DNA of 64,000 bases from a virus (Duplodnaviria; Caudoviricetes), in the IMG/VR virus record IMGVR_UViG_3300043395_004688; one strand, written 5' to 3'. The position numbers and the translations under genes are program-made. The notes under the pieces are model-generated. The model searched no databases. It saw only the letters and a list, made by a program, of their open reading frames with translations, and was not told where the DNA came from. Positions 1 through 8,852 of this stretch are shown here, one piece after another (within the stretch, counting starts at the first letter, position 1; each line of letters starts with the position of its first letter).

Positions 1-1
1 C

Positions 2-874
2 AGATTTAGTCGCGATTATGAAATACTTGACTCTTGGTGTAAGCAGCATCAGTTAAATTCGCAACAGGTTTATTTTATACACGGTAATCAAAATGTTGCT
101 GATACTCAGCAATATCAATTTACCAAAGTCCCAGCCAGTATGTTTATATGTTGGAATGACCCTGTTAACAGTCTTGTGCCTTTTGAACCTGTTGACTTAA
201 AAAATCTTTTTTTAAATTACAATAGACGAGCAAAAGAACACCGCGCACTGGTGCTGGCGCACATAATCAATGAACAGTTGTTTGACAGAGGACTAATCAG
301 CTATCACGGCGACGGTGTTAAAAACACCCATGAAGTTTTGCGTAGTGTTTGGCACACCAATTTAACTCAAGCTGCTGATACTATAGATTCACTGATACCC
401 TTAGAGCTTGACATGGATTTAGGAGCAAACAATCCAGCTTATAAAAACATTGTGCCAGAACACTATACCAATACATTTTTGAGTCTGGTTGCTGAAACTC
501 ATGTTACAGAAGGTGTGCAGTTCTTTTCTGAAAAAATATGGAAACCTATCAGCGTAGGACATCCTTTTATGCTGGTTGCAAGTTCAGGCATGCTAGAACT
601 GTTAAAATCACAAGGATATAAGACCTTTGACCAATGGTGGAATGAGGATTATGATAAAGAGACTGATCTAGATCAGCGAATAAGGATGATCCTAAGTGAA
701 CTAAAACGGTTAAGTATGTTGTCGTTGGATGAGCTAAAGAGCATGAGAATACAAATGCAGCCAATATTGGCTTTCAACCAAAAGCTATTCAACAAACAAT
801 GGAAAGAGTTGTGTTATCCTAGAAACGACGAGGTCGTTTTTAAAATTATTAAAGATATTTGGGATTCATTTTAA
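2..874 (+). CDS. Putative glycosyltransferase-like protein, 5'-truncated by the window edge
   Basis: Frame is open from base 2. Motif LVAET...FSEKIWKPISVGHPF...GYKTF...DYD recurs in the C-terminal half of 875..3235; GT assignment is from recalled family resemblance. Confidence 0.55.
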   Translation, partial: RFSRDYEILDSWCKQHQLNSQQVYFIHGNQNVADTQQYQFTKVPASMFICWNDPVNSLVPFEPVDLKNLFLNYNRRAKEHRALVLAHIINEQLFDRGLISYHGDGVKNTHEVLRSVWHTNLTQAADTIDSLIPLELDMDLGANNPAYKNIVPEHYTNTFLSLVAETHVTEGVQFFSEKIWKPISVGHPFMLVASSGMLELLKSQGYKTFDQWWNEDYDKETDLDQRIRMILSELKRLSMLSLDELKSMRIQMQPILAFNQKLFNKQWKELCYPRNDEVVFKIIKDIWDSF

Positions 875-3235
875 ATGCAAGTAAAACCTAAAGTAGCTAT
901 GATTGGGTGCGGTAAACTGGGCTTGCCCTGTGCCGAAGTCATGGCAGAACACTATGATGTTGTTGGCTACGACACAGTCAAAGACCCCGAAGCCAAGATA
1001 CCCTTGATGGACAGTATTGCTGAAGCAGTTGCTGGTCGCGATATTATTTTTGTAGCAGTACCAACACCGCATCACCCTGCATTTGGTGGCGACGCTCCAA
1101 TAGCACATTTACCTCCAACCAATTTTGACTACGGCATTGTAATCAGTGTGTTAGGGGAATTGAATCAAGTGGTCACTGACGATCAAATGATTGTGTTGAT
1201 CAGTACTGTGTTACCTGGAACTACGAGAACACAACTTTTACCATATCTAACACGCGGTAGATTTGTATACAATCCTTATCTTATTGCCATGGGTAGTGTT
1301 AAATGGGACATGGTCAATCCTGAATGCATTATTATTGGCACCGCCGACGGAACTTTAACGGGCGATGCACAAGAACTCATTGACTTTTATCAGCCATTGA
1401 TGGAAAACAGTCCTAGAGTAAATGTAGGAACCTGGGACGAAGCCGAAGCCATTAAGATTTTCTACAATACTTTTATCAGTGCCAAGATTGGCTTGGTTAA
1501 CATGATACAGGATGTGGCTGAGAAGAATGGCAATATCAATGTTGATGTTGTCACTGACGCACTTAAAGCTGCCACACAGCGTATCACTGGACCGCGTTAC
1601 TTGACCGCTGGCATGGGCGATGCTGGTGCTTGCCATCCCCGAGATAACATTGCTCTACGCTGGCTTTCGCAAGAACTTGATCTTGGCTACGACTTGTTTC
1701 AGGCTATCATGGGCAGTAGAGATGCACAGGCCTTTAACATGGCTCGGCGTCTAGCAGACCTTGCCCGAGAGAGCAATTTACCAGTGATCATTCACGGTAA
1801 AGCCTATAAACCCTATGTGCCCTATGAAATTGGCAGTTACAGCTTACTGGTAGGACACTATGTTGAACACACAGGAGTTCCAATCAGCTATTTTGATCCG
1901 CTTACTGGAGACACAACAGAACCCACTGGCCCAGCAGTGATTCTACTGGCTCATAATCCTGCTGTGACTTATGCTGGAACTGGAGTTGAAGTCACCGGAG
2001 ATGAATTCTATTTCAAATTTCATCCAGGCAGCGTCATTGTTGATCCATGGCGTAGTGTAAGCTCTGTACCTGGCTGTCGTGTGATACACTATGGCAATCC
2101 CAAATTTAACAAGCCTCGAATCAATGGCGCATTACTGTCGCCTGTGCATTGTGGTAGTATTTTTAGAAGAATCAATGATACTTTTAGATTTGAACTAGAT
2201 GAGACCAAACCGGCCATTTACATTGCACAAGTAAAGGTCAATGAGGTTAATTTTGCTGAGCAAGCAAAGCCAATGATTGAGCGCATCAAATCTCAAATAT
2301 CACTGAAGCCTGAAGATCGCATAATCTTTATTACTCAGCACGAAGGTATCATTGCACACGGCATCATGTTCCGTAATCAGCTTCGTGAGTTTTGGCCTGA
2401 AGTCACTGATGACCAGTACATTTATGCCAATGAGCTGTTGTCTTTTGAACAAGCACTGAAATCTAATAATATAGTTGATCCATATAAGAATCATCTGAGC
2501 TTTATGAGCATCAACGAGTGGATAGATCCCAGAGTAATAAATGTTGAGCATGACTACACCAAAAAAGACAAATGGTTTTTAAACTACAACAGAGTGCTGA
2601 GAAGCCACAGATGTCAACTGGTGTCAGAACTACGCAGACGAGAGTTAGATCAGCACGGCTTAGTAAGCTTTGTCCCCGAAGGCGAGTTCTACAATGGATT
2701 TAAGCTCAGCCCGGCTGATGTCTTGGCTAAAGATCCTAATCTCGATGAAGTAGCCCAGGGATACTTTTTAGAATATCTTGACAAGCCACTGGTCATTGAC
2801 GAATACGATGTTACTACTAACGGGCCTGTGGTCAGTGACCACTATCAAAGAACCATTCTAAGTGTTATCACTGAGACCACATGGAATCAAGGTGAAATCT
2901 TTATTTCAGAAAAAACATTCAAGGCCATTGCACACGGTCATCCATTTATTATTGTAGGCCCTGCTGGGTTCTTGAAAAAACTAAGAGAGCTTGGCTTTAG
3001 AACGTTTGGTGGAGTACTCAATGAGCACTACGACGAGATTGAAAATCACAGAGATAGATTGAATTCTATCGTTTCTGAAATTCAGAGGTTGTGTAATCTA
3101 GATCCAATTACTCGTGGGCTAACTTACGGGCAGTTGAGTTCTATTGCTTTTGAAAACAAGCGCATCTACGAAGAACTAAAAGATACACACTTGCAAGGAA
3201 CCTTGTTTAAGTTTCTCAATGACGCTGCATCATAG
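875..3235 (+). CDS. UDP-glucose/GDP-mannose 6-dehydrogenase fused to a C-terminal glycosyltransferase-like domain
   Basis: GCGKLG Rossmann motif, VAVPTP, YNP, AEAIKIFYNTF and catalytic GACHPRD; C-terminal SEKTFKAIAHGHPF domain paralogous to 2..874. Confidence 0.8.
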   Translation: MQVKPKVAMIGCGKLGLPCAEVMAEHYDVVGYDTVKDPEAKIPLMDSIAEAVAGRDIIFVAVPTPHHPAFGGDAPIAHLPPTNFDYGIVISVLGELNQVVTDDQMIVLISTVLPGTTRTQLLPYLTRGRFVYNPYLIAMGSVKWDMVNPECIIIGTADGTLTGDAQELIDFYQPLMENSPRVNVGTWDEAEAIKIFYNTFISAKIGLVNMIQDVAEKNGNINVDVVTDALKAATQRITGPRYLTAGMGDAGACHPRDNIALRWLSQELDLGYDLFQAIMGSRDAQAFNMARRLADLARESNLPVIIHGKAYKPYVPYEIGSYSLLVGHYVEHTGVPISYFDPLTGDTTEPTGPAVILLAHNPAVTYAGTGVEVTGDEFYFKFHPGSVIVDPWRSVSSVPGCRVIHYGNPKFNKPRINGALLSPVHCGSIFRRINDTFRFELDETKPAIYIAQVKVNEVNFAEQAKPMIERIKSQISLKPEDRIIFITQHEGIIAHGIMFRNQLREFWPEVTDDQYIYANELLSFEQALKSNNIVDPYKNHLSFMSINEWIDPRVINVEHDYTKKDKWFLNYNRVLRSHRCQLVSELRRRELDQHGLVSFVPEGEFYNGFKLSPADVLAKDPNLDEVAQGYFLEYLDKPLVIDEYDVTTNGPVVSDHYQRTILSVITETTWNQGEIFISEKTFKAIAHGHPFIIVGPAGFLKKLRELGFRTFGGVLNEHYDEIENHRDRLNSIVSEIQRLCNLDPITRGLTYGQLSSIAFENKRIYEELKDTHLQGTLFKFLNDAAS

Positions 3236-4174
3236 ATCTTTGACCAGGCCTTGAATAATATCATTTGCTGGTAGAATTTCTTTTATTTGGTCTATTGACT
3301 TGCCAGCAAACACATGGCCTCGGCTTGGATCTTTGATTCCTACTATGAGTCCGCGTGTATTGTTCATATTTCTTTCTTTGACATCTGAGCTGAAAACCAG
3401 TGCATTTTGTTTGGTTTCCGTATAAGTGCCAGTGGAAAGTTTAGAAAGGTCTGCGGATGTTGCGCCAATCATTTTTAACTTGGTAGCTTCAGAAATTTTA
3501 CTTTCTTTACTAGCAGCCAGCAATGTTCCTATGCCAATGGCAAATGCTCCTTGAGACATGTATTCTTTCACTTGTTGACTGGTTCCAATACCGCCGGACG
3601 GAATCAATAGTTTGTCTGGAAACTTAGTTCTAAGTATGTTGCATGATTCTTCTAGAGTTAACCCTTCTACAGAACCCCGACCAGCACCATCTGGCCCTTT
3701 AACAATAAATCCATCTAAGTTTTTAGACCATACACCAGGTTCTAAGTGTGCGACCTTGTCTACAATTTTACGAAATATCAATGAGCCGTTGTCTTTAATA
3801 GACCAAATAATTTTAGGAAGCCTTTCAACTACATCATCAGGTAAAACTGTGTCATCCTTGATAATTTCAATGAGCTTGACACGATACTTTAATATCATTT
3901 CTAAAATTAAAGGATCAGTCAAAGACGACAGATTAAGACTCAGCAAGAGCTCACAGTCATTGAATTCGTTGTGATACCCTGCAAGATCCTTTTCTAAATT
4001 TTCATGTATTAAAACTATCTGATCACCAACAACATTCAAATAATTAAAAACAGACAAGCTGGGCAATGCACCAGCTCTACGCACAGCACTGGCCAGTGGC
4101 AAATCAGATACTTGATTCATTGCCATGGCAACGATAGGATAACGGCAGTTAAAAACTTCAGTAAATAGCTTCAT
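3230..4174 (-). CDS. Nitronate monooxygenase / FabK-like FMN-dependent oxidoreductase
   Basis: PIVAMAMNQVSD..LASAV..AGAL, KGPDGAGRG, IPSGGIG, IGTLLAASKES; lone minus-strand gene in a plus-strand block. Confidence 0.8.
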   Translation of the reverse strand: MKLFTEVFNCRYPIVAMAMNQVSDLPLASAVRRAGALPSLSVFNYLNVVGDQIVLIHENLEKDLAGYHNEFNDCELLLSLNLSSLTDPLILEMILKYRVKLIEIIKDDTVLPDDVVERLPKIIWSIKDNGSLIFRKIVDKVAHLEPGVWSKNLDGFIVKGPDGAGRGSVEGLTLEESCNILRTKFPDKLLIPSGGIGTSQQVKEYMSQGAFAIGIGTLLAASKESKISEATKLKMIGATSADLSKLSTGTYTETKQNALVFSSDVKERNMNNTRGLIVGIKDPSRGHVFAGKSIDQIKEILPANDIIQGLVKDL

Positions 4175-4179
4175 ACTAA

Positions 4180-4187
4180 TACTTATC
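4180..4187 (-). promoter_or_regulatory. Late-type promoter core GATAAGTA, 5 nt before the ATG at 4174
   Basis: Minus strand reads gataagta-ttagt-ATG; no Shine-Dalgarno in between. Confidence 0.55.
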
Positions 4188-4210
4188 GTAATAATTTGGA
4201 GAAATTTACC

Positions 4211-4819
4211 ATGTCGATGAAGTTTGCAGAAACTCTGAAGTTTATCAAAGATATCAACATTGAAGGCGATCTCTTAGAAATTGGCTCTGACCGTGGAGAT
4301 GGAAGTACCTATATTTTTGCCACGCTAGCCAAAAATCTTGGGCGCCAGCTGTTTTCGGTAGATGTAGATTCTGATGTCATTGAAAAAAACCGAGAAGAAT
4401 TTAAACAATTACCCTTTGACTTACCTGTTGATTTTTTTAATCAAACCGGTGAACAGTTTTTAGAAGACCATAACAATCTTCGCTTTAGCATAGTGCTACT
4501 TGATAATTTTGATTGGGACTGGAACCCACATAACAGCGAATCTCATGTTCTAGAACAACAAAAAAAATATCGAGAACGGTTTGGCTTAGAAATGAATAAT
4601 CATCAAAGTCAATTTACCCATTTACGACAAGCACTGATGCTTACTCATATGCTAACGGATGAAGCAATAGTAATATGCGATGACACATATTGGGCACATG
4701 AATACGGAACATACACTGGCAAGTGTGGTGCTGTTATACCTTACCTAGAAACCTTAGGATTTAATGTAGTATTAAACAAAGATCATGGCATTGTTATGCT
4801 AAGAAAGAATAATCAATGA
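4211..4819 (+). CDS. Class I SAM-dependent methyltransferase
   Basis: LLEIGSDRGDGST motif I, SVDVD, LLDNFD, VICDDT; GGAG upstream of ATG 4211. Confidence 0.7.
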   Translation: MSMKFAETLKFIKDINIEGDLLEIGSDRGDGSTYIFATLAKNLGRQLFSVDVDSDVIEKNREEFKQLPFDLPVDFFNQTGEQFLEDHNNLRFSIVLLDNFDWDWNPHNSESHVLEQQKKYRERFGLEMNNHQSQFTHLRQALMLTHMLTDEAIVICDDTYWAHEYGTYTGKCGAVIPYLETLGFNVVLNKDHGIVMLRKNNQ

Positions 4820-5586
4820 AAATAGTCTTAATCACCGGAGGCTTTGATCCAATACACAGCGGACACATTGCCTATATAACCGAAGCCAAAAAGCTAGGCG
4901 ACCTATTAATTGTGGGAGTCAACAGCGATGCTTGGCTTGAACGCAAAAAGGGACGAGCCTTTTTGCCCATGCACGAACGGCTGGCAATTGTAGCTGGCAT
5001 TCGAGGTGTTGATCAAACACTTATCTTCAATGACAACGATGACTCGGCTTGCGATGCTATTCAAAAAGTAAAAAACAGCTACAGCTATGCTGAACTTGTT
5101 TTTGCCAATGGCGGAGATCGAACCTCCGAAAATATTCCAGAAATGCGTATTGAAGGTGTGGAGTTTGTGTTTGGCGTAGGAGGTTCCAATAAAAAGAACA
5201 GCAGTAGTTGGATCTTGCGCGACTGGAAGCAGCCCAAAACAGACAGGGCATGGGGCGAGTATCGTGTGCTTTATGATCATCCAATGATTGGTTCTGCTAC
5301 CAAGGTCAAAGAGCTTACTGTAGAGCCAGGAAAAAAGCTCAGCCTACAGCGACACAAAAATCGTCACGAATATTGGTTTGTGGTTGAAGGCCGTTGCGAT
5401 GTTTACGGTGCATTGCCTGGGGGCTACGCGATACCTCCTAGAACCTTAGGTCCGCATGAAACCATGGAAATCCAAGCCGGAGAATGGCACCAGCTGACCA
5501 ATCCTTATAACGAACCATGCCGGCTCATTGAGATCCAGTATGGTTCACAATGTGAAGAAGCCGATATTGAACGAAATCCTGGTTGA
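4816..5586 (+). CDS. Cytidylyltransferase-family domain fused to a mannose-6-phosphate isomerase type II-like cupin
   Basis: ITGGFDPIHSGH (HxGH), FANGGDR; C-terminal WGEYRVL..VKELTVEPGKKLSLQRH..RHEYWFVVEG. Confidence 0.85.
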   Translation: MKIVLITGGFDPIHSGHIAYITEAKKLGDLLIVGVNSDAWLERKKGRAFLPMHERLAIVAGIRGVDQTLIFNDNDDSACDAIQKVKNSYSYAELVFANGGDRTSENIPEMRIEGVEFVFGVGGSNKKNSSSWILRDWKQPKTDRAWGEYRVLYDHPMIGSATKVKELTVEPGKKLSLQRHKNRHEYWFVVEGRCDVYGALPGGYAIPPRTLGPHETMEIQAGEWHQLTNPYNEPCRLIEIQYGSQCEEADIERNPG

Positions 5587-5612
5587 CTTACACCGTTCGG
5601 TACTGTTATACT
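5583..5612 (+). promoter_or_regulatory. Sigma70-type promoter
   Basis: TTGACT-18 nt-TATACT with TG extended -10; followed by a small hairpin and GGAG RBS. Confidence 0.75.
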
Positions 5613-5650
5613 CAGTGGGTAGTTTATTACTCATACCATAGGAGATTCAA

Positions 5651-5902
5651 ATGAGTTTTTCACCCGAGCAGATTGCCAAGCTTACCAAGGTGATCCAGGA
5701 AGGCGTTCAAGTCAAGCGTGAGATTGATGATCTTAATGTTGGACTCAAGGAAACTGTTGCAGCCATTGCTGAAGAAATGAATATCAAGGCAGCGGTGCTT
5801 AATAAAGCCATTACCAAGGCGTTCAAGGGCGACTTTGACAAGGATCAAACGGATCTCGAAGCCGTTGAAGAAATTCTTATTGTAACCAAGAACAAGGCCT
5901 AA
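5651..5902 (+). CDS. DsbA/GapR-like small dsDNA-binding protein
   Basis: 83-aa all-helical pattern EIDDLNVGLKETV..IAEEMNIKAAVLNKAI resembling T4 DsbA/GapR; strong RBS. Confidence 0.6.
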   Translation: MSFSPEQIAKLTKVIQEGVQVKREIDDLNVGLKETVAAIAEEMNIKAAVLNKAITKAFKGDFDKDQTDLEAVEEILIVTKNKA

Positions 5903-6193
5903 GTGAAATCACTGCTATTAAGTGTTCGTGACTACATTGTAGAGGATTGGCGAGAAAATCCTCTACGGTGTGTGCTGGAAATTTCTGCATGGTTTCTCAG
6001 CATTGGTTGCGCGATCACTATGGCCTTGACTCTGCCCAATCCGCCATTCCTAATCTTATATCCCTTGTTTATCACCCAATGTGCTATCTTTGCATGGGCT
6101 TGCAAAACACGCGGTAGTACAGGATTGCTGGCCAACTACTTGTTGTTGGTTACCATTGACTCTGTGGCCTTAGTGAGATTGATAATGCAATGA
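5903..6193 (+). CDS. Hypothetical membrane protein
   Basis: Three hydrophobic segments; starts right after the upstream stop. Confidence 0.6.
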   Translation: MKSLLLSVRDYIVEDWRENPLRCVLEISAWFLSIGCAITMALTLPNPPFLILYPLFITQCAIFAWACKTRGSTGLLANYLLLVTIDSVALVRLIMQ

Positions 6194-6303
6194 AAGACGA
6201 TTGGTCATTCATACTGCTAATCATCCTGTTGATGCTTTTGTTTTGGGGAGAGCCAGATCTGTTTGATGCGATTCGGGCATATTTGATTCAATCTCTTCGA
6301 TGA
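6190..6303 (+). CDS. 37-aa single-TM peptide, not in the ORF track
   Basis: MKDDWSFILLIILLMLLFWGEPDLFDAIRAYLIQSLR; fills the gap exactly, with ATGA overlaps at both ends. Confidence 0.65.
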   Translation: MKDDWSFILLIILLMLLFWGEPDLFDAIRAYLIQSLR

Positions 6304-6527
6304 AAACTGATCAGGTTGCCAAATTCGTAATTTTACCAATAGCACATGCTTATCATAGTCCCACATTGTTTGTGTCAGATTACAAATGGTGGTGCAGCAA
6401 CCAAGAAGAAATTGAAACATGGATGAGAGAAAACTTACCCAATGGTACTTCGCACCTGCAAGGTATGGTTCTTTCATTTGAATCGGTTGAAGATCGTGCT
6501 ATGTTTTTACTTAGATTTGGTTTATGA
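6300..6527 (+). CDS. Small paralogue family member 1
   Basis: ETWMRENL ... VLSFESVEDRAMFLLRFGL. Confidence 0.75.
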   Translation: MKTDQVAKFVILPIAHAYHSPTLFVSDYKWWCSNQEEIETWMRENLPNGTSHLQGMVLSFESVEDRAMFLLRFGL

Positions 6528-6914
6528 GTGCTGGCTATGAAATACGAAATAAAAAGCATGTTTCAATTACCATCAGGGAGATATATTCCTCGCGGCCTCA
6601 ATATTATTGAGAAACTTTGGTGGCGATTTGTGCCCGGAGTTGTTATTAATGTAAAGTGGCCTAAAGGTGCAGTGGTAGTTGGACCAAATAGCAGAAGCTG
6701 GGACGGTGTTACAAATCCTTGTGTGCGCCAATTAGTAGAAAGTGCTGATCCAAACGATCACTACCGGCCTTGGTTAGAAAAACATGTAGGCCGCCAAGGA
6801 CGAGATTGGGATTGGGGCTTGACCAATAATGATGCCACTGACAACAGATTGACCATAAAGATTAGACAGAAGCATCAAGACTCTGCCGTAATTGCCAAAC
6901 TGCAATGGTCATGA
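6528..6914 (+). CDS. Small paralogue family member 2 (N-terminally extended)
   Basis: PWLEKHVG ... LTIKIRQKHQDSAVIAKLQWS. Confidence 0.7.
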   Translation: MLAMKYEIKSMFQLPSGRYIPRGLNIIEKLWWRFVPGVVINVKWPKGAVVVGPNSRSWDGVTNPCVRQLVESADPNDHYRPWLEKHVGRQGRDWDWGLTNNDATDNRLTIKIRQKHQDSAVIAKLQWS

Positions 6915-7186
6915 AAACAGCAACACAAGTCTTAGAAGACCAAATTGCTGATGAATTATCTAGGCAATTGGCAGAGAAAATTGATTTTGAAGTCCTGTGT
7001 AGTTTGCTTGTACAAATAGGTTGGATACAAGTTAAATTAGAAGATGTGTTGCAACCAAGCAAACAAACAGCTGGCATGGTTAATTGGCTACACAAAGAGT
7101 GTTCTGGACACTGGAGGCATCGTGGCAAAACATTTGTATTTGAAAACAAGGAAGACGCTGTCTTATTTAGATTGACATGGGTGTAA
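6911..7186 (+). CDS. Small paralogue family member 3
   Basis: NWLHKECSG ... TFVFENKEDAVLFRLTWV; ATGA overlap at 6911. Confidence 0.75.
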   Translation: MKTATQVLEDQIADELSRQLAEKIDFEVLCSLLVQIGWIQVKLEDVLQPSKQTAGMVNWLHKECSGHWRHRGKTFVFENKEDAVLFRLTWV

Positions 7187-7190
7187 ATAG

Positions 7191-7403
7191 ATGCGTCATC
7201 TCAAACGAAATCTTTGGCCTTTTAAAATTAAGCTAGATGTAGTAGATTCAAATCTAAGCATTGACGCTGTTGAACTTTGGCTAAGCGAAACCTGCGGATC
7301 ATTCAAATCAAATTGGAATGCAGTATACCATGCCAACTATACTGATTTTTATTTTAAAAACGGTGAGGATGCCATGCTTTTTAAATTGCAATTTGGATAC
7401 TGA
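7191..7403 (+). CDS. Small paralogue family member 4
   Basis: LWLSETCG ... DFYFKNGEDAMLFKLQFGY. Confidence 0.75.
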   Translation: MRHLKRNLWPFKIKLDVVDSNLSIDAVELWLSETCGSFKSNWNAVYHANYTDFYFKNGEDAMLFKLQFGY

Positions 7404-7405
7404 AC

Positions 7406-7729
7406 ATGCCTAAGATTATAAAAATGGATAAGCGACACGCAGGGCACCCGCACTTTACATATTATCTAAAGCCGGTGAGTTCTGAAGATAACTTTCACAA
7501 TCTCAGAGCATGGTGTTGGGAAACTTGGGGGCCTAGCAAAGGTCTGCATGACTGGCTAAGAGCCAATGCTGATCTCAAAAACATATTGCATCCGTGGCAA
7601 CCAGATCCTGAAACAGAAGACCGTTGTCAAAATCCTCACTGGTGTTGGCTTGAGGACCAATACCGCCGGCGCATAATGTTTGCGGGTGCAGATGAAGTGG
7701 CCCTGTACAAGTTAACCTATGGGCTATGA
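7406..7729 (+). CDS. Small paralogue family member 5
   Basis: AWCWETWG ... RIMFAGADEVALYKLTYGL. Confidence 0.75.
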   Translation: MPKIIKMDKRHAGHPHFTYYLKPVSSEDNFHNLRAWCWETWGPSKGLHDWLRANADLKNILHPWQPDPETEDRCQNPHWCWLEDQYRRRIMFAGADEVALYKLTYGL

Positions 7730-8016
7730 CCTTACCTAAAATACAAGTTCATCACTGGCATTACAATGATGGTATCGTTTTGGTGCCACCATTACTGCGG
7801 CTGGCCAATCAAAAGGAATCAGAATTTTGTGCTGAATTAGTAGGCTGGCATTGTTGCGTTTACACCAATGACTATGATGGTTTCTTTTTATGGATGGAAA
7901 AACATTGCCCCAGAGCGGAATGTATTTCAAGGTTTAACAGCGGCGATCCAATGATTACTGTACATATCTCAGATCAAGAAGAAGCGGCATATTTTAAATT
8001 ACATTTTCAAACATGA
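7726..8016 (+). CDS. Small paralogue family member 6
   Basis: LWMEKHCP ... TVHISDQEEAAYFKLHFQT. Confidence 0.75.
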   Translation: MTLPKIQVHHWHYNDGIVLVPPLLRLANQKESEFCAELVGWHCCVYTNDYDGFFLWMEKHCPRAECISRFNSGDPMITVHISDQEEAAYFKLHFQT

Positions 8017-8261
8017 AATGGTTTTGTGCTATCCATGTTTGGCGTAATGGTTGGGGACATACTGTGGTACTGAAAGAAAATCCCAAATACAGTTCTCCTC
8101 AATACTATGGCACTACTGTTGACCCAGATGAGATGGAAGAGGTAATAGCATGGACCGATGAAAATGCCCAAGCACGACGAATTTCATATGATACCTGGCA
8201 ATTCAAGTCTCGCAGGGCAGCAGAGGAGTTTATCATGCTGTATAATCTTAGGTGGGTCTAA
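8013..8261 (+). CDS. Small paralogue family member 7
   Basis: AWTDENAQ ... TWQFKSRRAAEEFIMLYNLRWV. Confidence 0.75.
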   Translation: MKWFCAIHVWRNGWGHTVVLKENPKYSSPQYYGTTVDPDEMEEVIAWTDENAQARRISYDTWQFKSRRAAEEFIMLYNLRWV

Positions 8262-8542
8262 TGCCCCTAGAGGTGCATAAACAGCAACTAACTGCAAAAT
8301 TTAGCTGGATAACTAGAGTTGACATAGACGAATTAGGGTATAACATTAACAATGTACCTTGGCTATTTGACATTTTGCTATGGTCTGATTCGTGGTCTTG
8401 GGAATGTACTACCACCATCAACAGCAAAAGCGACAACATTCAATGGAAGTTTGATTCCAGCCAAGAGCTTGAAGAATTTCTAATGTTGTTTGCACTAAAA
8501 TGGGGGAAGATGACACATGTCCGATTCTTGGACGATGATTGA
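8261..8542 (+). CDS. Small paralogue family member 8
   Basis: QWKFDSSQELEEFLMLFALKWG; TAATG overlap places the start at 8261. Confidence 0.7.
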   Translation: MPLEVHKQQLTAKFSWITRVDIDELGYNINNVPWLFDILLWSDSWSWECTTTINSKSDNIQWKFDSSQELEEFLMLFALKWGKMTHVRFLDDD

Positions 8543-8822
8543 CGCCGACGGGCGAGAGTTTGGTATTGACATTGTGGGGTCAAGGCAACTGGGAGAACTG
8601 TGTATCTACTATTGTTTTCCTTACTACATACCCAAAGGTTCAACGCCGCCCTATCCTGGTTTTGAGTGTTTGAGGATTTGGTTGAATTTAAATTTCTCCA
8701 GTGTGGCCCACGAAGTGGTTACAAAAGGAGTGCCAATGGATACTAAAAAATCATGGGCTACATTAGAAGTAACTTTCAGCGATCCTGAGGAAGCTATGTT
8801 GTTTAGGCTAATGTGCAGTTGA
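8517..8822 (+). CDS. Small paralogue family member 9
   Basis: IWLNLNFS ... EVTFSDPEEAMLFRLMCS; start could be 8517 or 8535. Confidence 0.7.
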   Translation: MSDSWTMIDADGREFGIDIVGSRQLGELCIYYCFPYYIPKGSTPPYPGFECLRIWLNLNFSSVAHEVVTKGVPMDTKKSWATLEVTFSDPEEAMLFRLMCS

Positions 8823-8847
8823 CATTGCCACATACACACAGTATAAT
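8819..8847 (+). promoter_or_regulatory. Sigma70-type promoter; -10 lies in the loop of an 8-bp inverted repeat
   Basis: TTGACA-17-TATAAT; ATG 5 nt later; catacaca (8831-8838) pairs with tgtgtatg (8848-8855). Confidence 0.85.
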
Positions 8848-8852
8848 TGTGT

